Positions 38,928 through 47,894 of a stretch of DNA of 64,000 bases are shown one piece after another. Numbering within the stretch: position 1 is the stretch's first letter; every line of letters starts with the position of its first letter. The stretch comes from an uncultured Treponema sp. Lineage in GTDB: Bacteria; Spirochaetota; Spirochaetia; Treponematales; Treponemataceae. The notes beneath the pieces were generated by a model, which saw nothing but the letters and a program-made list of their open reading frames with translations, did no database searches and was not told where the DNA came from. The position numbers and the translations under genes are program-made. The stretch lies in NCBI GenBank assembly GCA_964346805.1, contig CAYFWC010000008.1, positions 1,261 to 65,260 of the forward strand, written 5' to 3'.

Positions 38928-40034
38928 CTACGCGTTCCGATTAGCACTGAACTTTTTCAATTGACTGTAAACAACTGAAATCGCTTTAAAATAATTTTCC
39001 GGTATTATATCACCTAATTCAACGTCTGTATAGAGGCCTCGGGCAAGAGGCCTGTTTTCCACTATGGGAACATCGTTCTCACGGGCAACTTCCTTTATGC
39101 GCTGTGCCATAAAGTCAGCGCCCTTCGCGTTTACGAGAGGCGCGTCTTCTTCCGCCTGGTCATATTTCAACGCTACGGCATAATGCGTCGGGTTAGTGAT
39201 TACGACATCGCTCTGGGCAACCGCCCTCGGCATATTCGAGGCAAGAAGCTGCCTCTGCGCCTGCTGAATACGGCCCTTAACCTCCGGATCACCCTCCATC
39301 TCCTTGTATTCCTCTTTTACTTCCTGTTTGGTCATCTTCAAGGAATCCATAAACTCTTTCTTCTGAATCACATAGTCAGGAATTGAGATTATAACAAAGA
39401 AAATCGCGGCAAACAATAAGAGCTTAATGGCAATGGAAGCAATTTTTGCAAAAGCACCTGCTATATTCCCGTTTCCGTGGATTATAAAGAGCAGGTCTCC
39501 CATATTGCCTCTTATAATCAGAAAGGCGGCAAAAACTATTACAGCCACCTTTGCAATAGACTTGAAAATATTAAAGGCACCCTGACGGGAAAAGATTGTC
39601 TTCTTAAAATACTCACCAAAGTGCGGAAGGATTTTTGAGAAATTCGGTGTAATTGGTTTTAGGCTGAATATCCAGCCGCGGTTTTGAATTATGTTTCCGG
39701 CAACCCCCGCAAGCAGCGCGACAAAGGCAACAGGCAAGACCATTTTTAGAAAATAGTTGAAGAATACAACCGCATTTGCGGCCGTCACTCCGTTATCCTG
39801 ATTGCATCTTGTAAAAAAGAATATAAGAATTTCTTCAAACTGCTCCAAAAGCCATTTTCCCAAAAGCAAAAGCGTAAGCACGGAAAATAAAAAGACAAAA
39901 GCACCGTTCACTTCCTGACTTTTCGCGACACGCCCTTCTTTGCGGGCTTTTTGAATTTTAAGGTCAGAAGCCTCTTCAGTGCGTCCCTCGTCTTCCGCGG
40001 CAAACCACTGGAGGTCAATATCTGAAAAAGTCAT
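38928..40034 (-). CDS. flhB: flagellar export apparatus protein FlhB
   Basis: N-terminal AAEDEGRTEEASDLKIQKARKEG and the NPTH autocleavage site (VITNPTHYAVAL). Confidence 0.95.
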   Translation of the reverse strand: MTFSDIDLQWFAAEDEGRTEEASDLKIQKARKEGRVAKSQEVNGAFVFLFSVLTLLLLGKWLLEQFEEILIFFFTRCNQDNGVTAANAVVFFNYFLKMVLPVAFVALLAGVAGNIIQNRGWIFSLKPITPNFSKILPHFGEYFKKTIFSRQGAFNIFKSIAKVAVIVFAAFLIIRGNMGDLLFIIHGNGNIAGAFAKIASIAIKLLLFAAIFFVIISIPDYVIQKKEFMDSLKMTKQEVKEEYKEMEGDPEVKGRIQQAQRQLLASNMPRAVAQSDVVITNPTHYAVALKYDQAEEDAPLVNAKGADFMAQRIKEVARENDVPIVENRPLARGLYTDVELGDIIPENYFKAISVVYSQLKKFSANRNA

Positions 40035-40846
40035 ATTCTTTTTCCCCCAAGCACAAGAAGGAGTCTTTCCAGCCGCGCAAAGCCACCGGCAAAACCGCGC
40101 GTAAAAGCATCGATTAAATCGGGCATAAGAGCAGTTATAATAAAGAAGGCCGTCAGCATCATTACAGGGAATCCCTCGCTAAGAAGATTCATTTGCGGAG
40201 CGGCCTTGGAAAGGATGCCCGTAGAAATTGTAATGAGCATGAGAGTTCCGATTATGGGAAGAGAAATGACAAGGGCGTTCGCAAACAAATCCGTAAGGCT
40301 TGAGGCCATAAAACGGGCTAATTTTCCGCCGTTCGCCATGTCGTTAACGATTGAATAGGCGCTGAGAGTTTTAAAGCTCGATACAAGCCCGCCGAAAAAT
40401 AATTTCTCAAACCAGTGTGTCTGCATAAAGACAAGCATGGCGATAAGATTCAGGTACTGGCCCATAAGAGGATTCTCTACCTGGCTCAGTGCATCGTAGA
40501 CCTCGCTCGCGGAAAAGCCCATCTGAAAGGCAAAAAACTGTCCGGCCGTAGAAAAGGCCGAAAAAATAATGGTGACGTAAAAACCGGTTATCACGCCAAT
40601 CATCGCCTCGCCTGCAAGAAGAAAAAAGTACTGAATTGTAAAAAGCGAGTCGCCGCTGAGAAGAGGCGCATAAACAGAAAAATCAACCTGAGGAAGAACA
40701 ACATAAGCCATAAAACCAGAAAGAGCGACGCGTGCGACAGCGGAAACATTCCTCATTGAAAAAAGGGGAAGCGTCATAAGCAAAGCGAAACATCTTACTG
40801 CTGCAAGCAAAAACGCAGGAGCGTCGTTCAATACATCACCAAGCAT
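40031..40846 (-). CDS. fliR: flagellar export apparatus protein FliR
   Basis: 271-aa polytopic protein in the fliQ-fliR-flhB order. Stop/start overlap with flhB. Confidence 0.9.
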   Translation of the reverse strand: MLGDVLNDAPAFLLAAVRCFALLMTLPLFSMRNVSAVARVALSGFMAYVVLPQVDFSVYAPLLSGDSLFTIQYFFLLAGEAMIGVITGFYVTIIFSAFSTAGQFFAFQMGFSASEVYDALSQVENPLMGQYLNLIAMLVFMQTHWFEKLFFGGLVSSFKTLSAYSIVNDMANGGKLARFMASSLTDLFANALVISLPIIGTLMLITISTGILSKAAPQMNLLSEGFPVMMLTAFFIITALMPDLIDAFTRGFAGGFARLERLLLVLGGKRI

Positions 40847-40849
40847 CTA

Positions 40850-41116
40850 TTATCCCAAGTCAGGAATTTGCTCAAACAGCGAAACAGTGTAGTCACGGAG
40901 CTCGGCAAACATCCATCCTCCCAGCAGGGCAAGGACGGCGAGAATAGTCAGCATTTTCGGCAGAAAAGTCAGAGTCTGCTCCTGAATGGAAGTTGTCGCC
41001 TGAAATATTGCAACCACAAGACCAATTATGAGAGCGGCACCTAGAACAGGGGCAATCAGAACAAAAACCTGAAAAATACCGGCCCTCATGATATTTGAAA
41101 TCTGACCCAAGTCCAT
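40850..41116 (-). CDS. fliQ: flagellar export apparatus protein FliQ
   Basis: 88 aa with two TM helices. Contains AIFQATTSIQEQTLTFLPK. Confidence 0.9.
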   Translation of the reverse strand: MDLGQISNIMRAGIFQVFVLIAPVLGAALIIGLVVAIFQATTSIQEQTLTFLPKMLTILAVLALLGGWMFAELRDYTVSLFEQIPDLG

Positions 41117-41132
41117 TATTCCTCCCTCTCAC

Positions 41133-42014
41133 CTATCGCAAGACACTGTAGAACAACTGCTGGGTCAAAAGCCCCCAGCCGTCCACAAGAACAAAAAGCA
41201 TTAATTTAAAAGGCATTGAAATCTGAACAGGCGGAAGCATCATCATTCCCATACTCATCAGAATGGAAGCCACGACCATATCAATTATGATGAACGGAAT
41301 GTACAGATAGATGCCTATTTTAAAGGCAACCGTAAGTTCGTGCAGAATATACGAGGGAACAAGAACATAAGTGGGGACATCTTCCAAAGAGTCGGGTTTT
41401 TCAAGGCGTCCCATGTTCATAAAGAGTTCAATGTAACGGGTGTCATCAGCCATCTGCGTATACATAAAAAAGCGGATCGGTTTTTGAGCCCTGTCAAATG
41501 CCTCCTCAATTCCAATCTGCTCGTCACGCATCGGTTTAAAGGCATTGTCATAGACATTCGTAAAAGTCGGCCACATTACAAAAAGCGTCATAAAGAAAGC
41601 GATTCCATTCAGGACACTTGTAGGCGGAACCTGCTGCAAAGACAGGGCCCGCTTAATAAAATCAAGAACGATGCTGAAACGCAGAAAGCATGTCAGTAAT
41701 ATTAAGAGGCTGGGCGCAAGAGTAAGCAGTGTCAGCAGAACCAGAAGCTGGACGCTAAAGGCAACCTGCTCGCCGGTCTGAGGACGAGTAATGTTTATAT
41801 CAATGTTTGGAATCTGAACGGGATTTGCGTTCCCCTGCATCTGCATAGTTCCCCGCGAACTGCCCTGCGGAAAATTCGGATCGTCCTGAGCGCGGCCCGC
41901 CGACTGGGAAGAAACAGGAGCCGCACACAAAAATCCAATAAACGCAAAAAGGAAGAGACGGTAAAACATTTTCCTAAAATTTGAATATTTACTGGCCGCC
42001 ATTATTTTTTCCAT
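41133..42014 (-). CDS. fliP: flagellar export apparatus protein FliP
   Basis: Signal-like N-terminus and the conserved RFSIVLDFIKRALSLQQVPP and PFKLMLFVLVDGW blocks. Confidence 0.9.
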   Translation of the reverse strand: MEKIMAASKYSNFRKMFYRLFLFAFIGFLCAAPVSSQSAGRAQDDPNFPQGSSRGTMQMQGNANPVQIPNIDINITRPQTGEQVAFSVQLLVLLTLLTLAPSLLILLTCFLRFSIVLDFIKRALSLQQVPPTSVLNGIAFFMTLFVMWPTFTNVYDNAFKPMRDEQIGIEEAFDRAQKPIRFFMYTQMADDTRYIELFMNMGRLEKPDSLEDVPTYVLVPSYILHELTVAFKIGIYLYIPFIIIDMVVASILMSMGMMMLPPVQISMPFKLMLFVLVDGWGLLTQQLFYSVLR

Positions 42015-42657
42015 TTATCTTGTCTTTCTGAGACTTAAAAAAGTCCGCTATGGAAGACGATACTTTTTTCTCTCCACCGACTGAACCGGAATTTTTGGGG
42101 CTGATAAAAAGGGAAAGAATGTCACCGAAATTTCTTGCCCGTTCTGTATGCTCATTACGGTCTGCGTTCAGGTTCATTGCGTCAACGAGTTCCTTGTCTG
42201 TAATCTCACCGAGCAGGTCAATTGAATTGTCCGTCACTCCTATTAAATATGCATGCTCCAAAAGTGTCACAATCTGGACAGTCTTTCCCGGTGCGACGGT
42301 AACCTGCGCCACTTTGCGCAAAAAAGTATCGTCATCAGCAATAGTACCGGCCATTTTTTTCTTCATGAAATTCATTACAAAATAAATACAGACAATAATT
42401 ACAATAAGAACAAAAATCATTCTGAAAAAAATCCAGACTGTCGATATTTTTCTTGCGGGCGCACCCTGAGAGACAGCCCTTGTCTGTGAAGTCGCCGCAC
42501 CTATGGGAAGAGTCGCCTCATCGGGCAAAGCCTGCGATTTTTCTTCCTGTATTATTCGGGTTGAATTACTGTTTTCGGACAAATTATCCTGCGCAAAGAA
42601 ATTCACGCAGAAAAGAGAGAGAGCGCCTATTAACGCGATAATCTTAAAATTTTTCAA
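41989..42657 (-). CDS. fliO: flagellar protein FliO/FliZ
   Basis: 222 aa. TTG start with a GGTGGGG SD. Single internal TM helix. Position between fliY and fliP. Confidence 0.7.
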   Translation of the reverse strand: MKNFKIIALIGALSLFCVNFFAQDNLSENSNSTRIIQEEKSQALPDEATLPIGAATSQTRAVSQGAPARKISTVWIFFRMIFVLIVIIVCIYFVMNFMKKKMAGTIADDDTFLRKVAQVTVAPGKTVQIVTLLEHAYLIGVTDNSIDLLGEITDKELVDAMNLNADRNEHTERARNFGDILSLFISPKNSGSVGGEKKVSSSIADFFKSQKDKINGKNNGGQ

Positions 42658-42776
42658 TTTTCCCCACCCGCTTTATTCTTGTGATCCAGACGGAAAAGAC
42701 CTTCCCCAAAGCCTGCCGGACACTTTTTGTCAGTGGCCGGCCCGTACTGAACTCTGTTATTTACATCAATTTTACA

Positions 42777-43988
42777 TCAGCGCAGTTCTGAGACTCTTTC
42801 CTGAGGAGAAAGAATTTCCGTAATACGCACACCGAAGTTTTCATCGATAACCACGACCTCGCCCTTTGCAATAGGTTTATGATTTACCAGAATATCCACA
42901 GGCTCACCGGCGAGTTTGTCAAGTTCGATAATAGTGCCTTCTCCGAATCCGAGAATATCCTTTATCGGTTTTTTGGTGCGGCCGAGTTCTACGGTCATCT
43001 CCATGTAGACATCCATCAAAAGACCGATGTTCCCCTGGTCCTGAGCACCGCCGACCCCCATCAGATTCGGATACTGGACAGACTGAACATTCGGAGTCTG
43101 CATTCCGCCCATCATCTGACCGCCCATCGGCATCTGCATTCCATTCATCGGCATCTGCATTCCGCCCATCATCTGACCGCCCATCGGCATCTGCATTCCA
43201 TTCATCGGCATCTGCATTCCGCCCATCGGCATTCCACCTGCCGGAGAGCCCCCCATTCCTCCCATCTGAGCGGCGCCGCCAAGACTTGCCATATCAGCGG
43301 CATTCAGTGCGCCGCTGGCTGCGGCCGGGGCCGGTTGTGCTCCGCCGCCAAAAGCAACCGCAATCTGCTGGGCCGCATCTCCGCCCACAGCCTCCCAAAG
43401 TGTATAGGCCTGACCGTCAATGGTCAGCGGAAAGGTAAAGAGGGCAAAAGTGTTCTGAGGAATACGAACCATAGCTTTAGGCACATCTATTGACTCGGCG
43501 GGATTGCAGGCAAGGCCTCCGAGTTTTCCGGTCTTGTCGAGAGCCGTAATCTCATCGTTTGTATGGGTGGAGAGCATCTCGTTGATTACACTCATAGCCA
43601 TATCATCGAGAGAAGCGTTTTCTTCCTTATTTATCAGACTTACAATTTTCTGAGCGCACTCCGTGGACATTACATAAAGATGGTCGCCCTTCAGAGTATT
43701 AGAAAAATCTGCGGTTGTAGCGATAACCATTTCCGGCAGTTTTGCAAGAAGCTGGTCACGGGTGGCTGACTCAACAGAAGGGGTTCCCATTGAAACCTCC
43801 ACACCTGTCATCTGCTTTAAGTTTTCTACAAGCGGATCTTTCAGATCACCCGCAAACTTATTCAAGGTCGCCGTGTCTATATCAACAGAAGGCGCGCCGG
43901 AAACCTGCCCTGACGCATTAAGGCCGTCCATCGGGACACCTGAAAGCAGAGCATCAATTTCATCCTGAGAAATAACGCCATCACTCAT
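42777..43988 (-). CDS. fliY: flagellar switch protein FliY (FliN family) with an internal Met/Gly/Gln-rich repeat linker
   Basis: N-terminal SQDEIDALLSG motif and a C-terminal SpoA/FliN domain (MEMTVELGRTKKPIKDILGFGEGTIIELDKLAGEPVDILVNHKPIAKGEVVV). Confidence 0.9.
   Translation of the reverse strand: MSDGVISQDEIDALLSGVPMDGLNASGQVSGAPSVDIDTATLNKFAGDLKDPLVENLKQMTGVEVSMGTPSVESATRDQLLAKLPEMVIATTADFSNTLKGDHLYVMSTECAQKIVSLINKEENASLDDMAMSVINEMLSTHTNDEITALDKTGKLGGLACNPAESIDVPKAMVRIPQNTFALFTFPLTIDGQAYTLWEAVGGDAAQQIAVAFGGGAQPAPAAASGALNAADMASLGGAAQMGGMGGSPAGGMPMGGMQMPMNGMQMPMGGQMMGGMQMPMNGMQMPMGGQMMGGMQTPNVQSVQYPNLMGVGGAQDQGNIGLLMDVYMEMTVELGRTKKPIKDILGFGEGTIIELDKLAGEPVDILVNHKPIAKGEVVVIDENFGVRITEILSPQERVSELR
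43098..43235. repeat. 57-bp in-frame tandem repeat (about 2.4 copies) inside fliY
   Basis: Units at 43098-43154 and 43155-43211, plus a partial copy to 43235. They encode (MQMPMNGMQMPMGGQMMGG)n. Confidence 0.85.
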
Positions 43989-45019
43989 ACTGTTTCATCT
44001 CCTTCTACGGAAAGCTCTTCAAATTCCTCGGCGTCCTCTTCTTCGAGTTTACCTGTAACCTGAACCGCCATTTTTTTACCAACAACACCGGGCTGGCAGA
44101 AATATTTTTTCTTGTCGCCAATGTTAAGCGTGAGCTGATCGCCCACCTTTGTATTAGTCAATTTTACAACATCGCCTATGCGGAGAGAAAGAACGTCTCT
44201 TATAGGCAGATTGATTGAACCGATTTCCGCAACGACATCCATATCCACGGTTGAGATTTTCTCTTTCAGCGTGCCGAGATACTGTGTAGTTGAACTTCTT
44301 CTTACTGACGAAAACCAGAACTGGGAAGAAAGTTTTGAAATAATAGGTTCTATTGTAAGATAAGGAATACAGAAGTTAATCATTCCCTCTTCCTCACCTA
44401 CTTTTGTTTCGAGTGTAACAAGAACAACCATTTCGGTCGGAGGAACAATCTGCGCGAACTGCGGATTTGTTTCAATCTGCCCCAGACGGGGCCTCAGGTC
44501 AATCACCTGTGTCCACGCCTCGCGCATATTTGCCAGGATACGGACAATAATTCCCTCCATTACCGACGACTCAATATCCGTAAGATCACGGCTTTTGTTT
44601 CCGGTAACAGCGCCTGTACCGCCAAAGAGGCGGTCAATCATACTAAAGGTAATGGCCGGGTCAATCTCCAGAACGGCGTTTCCCTTTAGAGGATCCATAT
44701 TGATAACAGCCAGAGTGGTAGGCGTCGGAATAGAACGGATAAATTCCTCATAAGTCAGCTGGTCTACGGTTGCAACATGCACATGTACCAGAGAGCGCAA
44801 CTGCGCCGAAAGCGAGGTTGTAGTCAGACGGGCAAAAGTCTCGTGCATAATCTGCACTGTGCGGATCTGTTCCTTTGAGAATTTGTCAGGGCGCTTGAAG
44901 TCATAAATTTTGATTTTACGGGTGTCAGACACCGCCTTATAGTCATCGGTCTCTGACTGCCCTGTATTTATCGCATTGAGTAACTGGTCTATCTCGTCCT
45001 GTGAAAGAACATCTGTCAT
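43985..45019 (-). CDS. fliM: flagellar switch protein FliM
   Basis: N-terminal LSQDEIDQLLNAI CheY-P binding motif, the FliM middle domain, and a C-terminal SpoA-like domain. Confidence 0.95.
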   Translation of the reverse strand: MTDVLSQDEIDQLLNAINTGQSETDDYKAVSDTRKIKIYDFKRPDKFSKEQIRTVQIMHETFARLTTTSLSAQLRSLVHVHVATVDQLTYEEFIRSIPTPTTLAVINMDPLKGNAVLEIDPAITFSMIDRLFGGTGAVTGNKSRDLTDIESSVMEGIIVRILANMREAWTQVIDLRPRLGQIETNPQFAQIVPPTEMVVLVTLETKVGEEEGMINFCIPYLTIEPIISKLSSQFWFSSVRRSSTTQYLGTLKEKISTVDMDVVAEIGSINLPIRDVLSLRIGDVVKLTNTKVGDQLTLNIGDKKKYFCQPGVVGKKMAVQVTGKLEEEDAEEFEELSVEGDETV

Positions 45020-45050
45020 CTACTTAATCCGCCTCTTGCAAAAATCATTT

Positions 45051-45605
45051 TTAATTTTGCGAAACAACATTCAATTTATCAAATGAAATTTTCTTAACCT
45101 TTCCGCGGTTCAAGATTGTATCATTGATTTCGTTGCGTATTTCTATCTTAATTTTCTCTTCATTGCGGGGAGTCAGTTCCTCGGCCGTCTTGCCCGCAAA
45201 ATAATTTCTCAAAAAATCACGGATAGGAATGCGCTGGGCAGTAATTTCTGTCGAAGTAACCTTATCCTCTTTTTTATATCCGAGAAAAACATTCACAACG
45301 ACACTGGCAGGAACCGCATCGCTTGTGCGTGTCTGAATATCACTCAGAGAAGTATACCATTCCAATTCCTCCGCTATTTCCTTGTAGTCCTCGCTTACAG
45401 GAATAGCGGCCTGGGCCGGCTTGTTCGCACCCACAATATTCATTGTAATGATTACAACAGTAACAATGAGAATTATTGCACCCAAAGCAAGGGCAATGTA
45501 TTTTAACAAGGTCGGAAGAATTCCGCCGATGCCGCCTTTTTTAGAAGGCGCAGCCGCAGCATTATCATCTCCGAGGTCGTCTGTTCCAGCATCATCATCA
45601 GCCAT
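45051..45605 (-). CDS. fliL: flagellar basal-body-associated protein FliL
   Basis: 184 aa. Acidic N-terminus, a single TM helix, and a FliL periplasmic domain (...LGYKKEDK...RIPIRDFLRNYF). Confidence 0.85.
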   Translation of the reverse strand: MADDDAGTDDLGDDNAAAAPSKKGGIGGILPTLLKYIALALGAIILIVTVVIITMNIVGANKPAQAAIPVSEDYKEIAEELEWYTSLSDIQTRTSDAVPASVVVNVFLGYKKEDKVTSTEITAQRIPIRDFLRNYFAGKTAEELTPRNEEKIKIEIRNEINDTILNRGKVKKISFDKLNVVSQN

Positions 45606-45635
45606 GTCAAAACTCCTTTATTACATTAAAGGCAT

Positions 45636-45666
45636 CTCTAAAAATCCAATGAATTGGCTTTCGGAG
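45636..45666 (-). repeat. second copy of the CCAATTCATTGG-centred hairpin (motB-fliL spacer)
   Basis: On the minus strand it reads CTCCGAAAGCCAATTCATTGGATTTTTAGAG. The copy at 17647 reads CTCTGAAAAGCCAATTCATTGGTTTTTCAGAG. Confidence 0.6.
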
Positions 45667-45776
45667 ATTGCCGACGAGTTCCAAGCTGTTTGTAACAGCA
45701 CAGCTCGAACCCCGTATTTTTAAAGACGGCTCTTAAAAACTCAGTTTTCAGGAACTGTCTCAATAATATCCAAGCA

Positions 45777-46505
45777 TTAAAAATGCCCTTCGTCCAGAAT
45801 TATTATGTCAACGCGCCGGTTGTAAGCCTGCGCCTCGGCGGACGGATCCGTAAACTTAGGACGCGTGTCCGCATATCCGGCGATTGAAAATTTTTTTTCA
45901 TCCGCACCGAAATCCGCAAGATAATGCAGAACATTCATGGCGCGCGCCGCGGAAAGCTCCCAGTTACTGGCAAATCCTGTCGTCACGGGGTCTACCGGAT
46001 TTGAGTCGGTATGCCCCTCTATTCTAAATCTTCGGCTTTTCAGGCCTTCATCATTAAAGAATTCTGAAAGTCTAAGCAAAGTTTCACGGGTATTCTCCAC
46101 GTCCAAATCCGCACTTCCCTGCCTGAAAAATGAGTCGGCGGCAAGCGTAATCACAAGACCGCGCTCGTCACTGGTAATCGTGATGCGGTTGGATTTTACA
46201 TCAGGAGCAAAAAGAGAGACGGCCTTTTTCTTTGCCATACCGAGAGAACGCCCCCTCTCAACAGAAGGAAGGGAAGAAATTGTGTTTCCCAAATCCGCGA
46301 GGCGGCCCGCACTCAAGGACATGCCGCCAGACACGGATTCCGTCTGGTTCATCTGGAGACTTTCTGTAATTGTGGCAAGCTGAGTAACGTCAATTTCCGA
46401 AGGGTTATAAAGCATAACGAAAAAGCAGAGCATCAGGGTTATCATGTCACCATAAGTACCCAGCCACGCAGTTGACGGTTTTTCAGGTTCCTTCTTTTTT
46501 CCCAT
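45777..46505 (-). CDS. motB: flagellar stator protein MotB
   Basis: N-terminal TM helix with the conserved Asp context ([12 protein letters not shown]) and a C-terminal OmpA-like domain (NWELSAARA...NRRVDIIIL). Confidence 0.9.
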   Translation of the reverse strand: MGKKKEPEKPSTAWLGTYGDMITLMLCFFVMLYNPSEIDVTQLATITESLQMNQTESVSGGMSLSAGRLADLGNTISSLPSVERGRSLGMAKKKAVSLFAPDVKSNRITITSDERGLVITLAADSFFRQGSADLDVENTRETLLRLSEFFNDEGLKSRRFRIEGHTDSNPVDPVTTGFASNWELSAARAMNVLHYLADFGADEKKFSIAGYADTRPKFTDPSAEAQAYNRRVDIIILDEGHF

Positions 46506-46511
46506 CTATTT

Positions 46512-47294
46512 CTAGTCCTTCAATACTTCGGCACCTACGGCCTTGCGTGTGGCAGGGTCAAGGTAAGTCAGGAGCTTCTGCGCTATGACACGAGAGTTCT
46601 CACCGGCCTGAATGGCAAGAACGCCTTCTATAATCATTTCCTTGACACGCATTTCGGCAGTGTTCTGTCCGACCAGATTGTTTCCGAAAGGAGCCAGCAG
46701 CCAGTTGGCCATCATTGAACCGTAAAGGGTGGTAATCAAGGCGACGGCCATGTTAGGACCCAGAGAACTCTTGTCCTCCAGGTTGTTCAACATACCAATA
46801 AGTCCCAAAACAGTACCCATCATTCCGAAACCAGGCGCAAATCCGGCCCACTGGTTGACACAGTTAATCCATTCCATATGACGGGCTTCCGTCTGATTCA
46901 TTTCGTTTTCCATGATTTTTCGGACGACGGCAGAATCCGTACCGTCGATTACAAGGCGGAGTCCGCTCTTGAGGAAGGGGTCGTTCAAATCTTCAAGACC
47001 GTCCTCAAGAATCAGGATACCCTCACGACGGGCCTTTTCGGAAAGGTTTACAATATCCTGCACAAGAGTTTTCTCCCCAAAATCAGGAATCTTAAAGGCT
47101 TTGCCCATAACCTTAAAGAGACCTATACACTTATTCAGCGGAGCTAGAATGAACAAAGCGGCATAAGAACCTCCGACAGTCATAAATACTGAAGGAATAT
47201 CGATAATTCCGCCAAGAGTACCGCCAGAAGTCAGAACTGACATGACAATACAGGCCGCACCACCGATAATACCGATTATTGTTGCTATATCCAT
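46512..47294 (-). CDS. motA: flagellar stator protein MotA
   Basis: 260 aa with four TM helices. MotA/TolQ/ExbB channel motif (GFGMMGTVLGLIGML...LITTLYGSMMAN). Confidence 0.9.
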   Translation of the reverse strand: MDIATIIGIIGGAACIVMSVLTSGGTLGGIIDIPSVFMTVGGSYAALFILAPLNKCIGLFKVMGKAFKIPDFGEKTLVQDIVNLSEKARREGILILEDGLEDLNDPFLKSGLRLVIDGTDSAVVRKIMENEMNQTEARHMEWINCVNQWAGFAPGFGMMGTVLGLIGMLNNLEDKSSLGPNMAVALITTLYGSMMANWLLAPFGNNLVGQNTAEMRVKEMIIEGVLAIQAGENSRVIAQKLLTYLDPATRKAVGAEVLKD

Positions 47295-47298
47295 ACTT

Positions 47299-47643
47299 TT
47301 ATACCTCTTGGGTGTTTATACCGATTCTTTTTCGATAATTTATAATTCTGTTTATAATATCTTCCGAGGAATTTCTAACAACGATTTTTTTTCCGGACAG
47401 CATAGTGATTGTAAGATCCGGAAGATTTTCCATGGATTCAATCATATGCGGATTGATAAAATACTTTGTTCCGTTGAGACGCTCAACTTCAATCATCTCT
47501 ATTATTTCCCCACTAATAAAGATATAATCTTTATTATAAAACCATTCTGCAAAAAAAGCAAGTATTTCCTTTATATAATCGGAAAAAAAAGGCGGGACTT
47601 TAGGAAAACGCCGGCTAAAGGTCGTGAGAGCTTTAGCTCTCAT
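47299..47643 (-). CDS. flbD: flagellar protein FlbD, possibly with a 49-aa N-terminal extension
   Basis: The conserved FlbD core (MIEVERLNGTKYFINPHMIESMEN...) starts at the internal ATG at 47496. The long form starts at ATG 47643, preceded by a strong AGGAGG SD 4-5 nt upstream. The internal ATG has only a weak SD. Confidence 0.6.
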   Translation of the reverse strand: MRAKALTTFSRRFPKVPPFFSDYIKEILAFFAEWFYNKDYIFISGEIIEMIEVERLNGTKYFINPHMIESMENLPDLTITMLSGKKIVVRNSSEDIINRIINYRKRIGINTQEV

Positions 47644-47732
47644 TCGCCTCCTGTTACGGAGACTCTTGCGAAAAAAAGCAATAAAGCTTGCACAGGTTAA
47701 TTTGCATTCAGGCTAACAGTGAATCCTTAATT

Positions 47733-47758
47733 TTGACGGCATCGCTGGAGATGGTTTA
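47733..47758 (-). promoter_or_regulatory. weak sigma-28-like promoter candidate upstream of flbD
   Basis: Minus strand: TAAA (47758-47755), N14, GCCGTCAA (47740-47733). The consensus is TAAA-N15-GCCGATAA. Spacing is off by one and there are two mismatches. Confidence 0.25.
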
Positions 47759-47894
47759 CTTTGTCAATTAACGCTATATATTACGCTTTTTTTGAACAGA
47801 TTTCAATCAAAAATACTTGATTATAACAAGGTTATATGATAGGTTATAATCACGCTACTAGCCACTGCTTGCATATCTTTAATTTTATTTCAGT

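Noticed and set aside
47817-47850. Sigma-70 promoter for the response regulator: TTGATT at 47817 and TATAAT at 47845.
   Set aside because: The spacer between the two hexamers is 22 nt, and no acceptable -35 sits 17 nt upstream of the TATAAT. The -10 may be real, but I cannot support a full promoter call.
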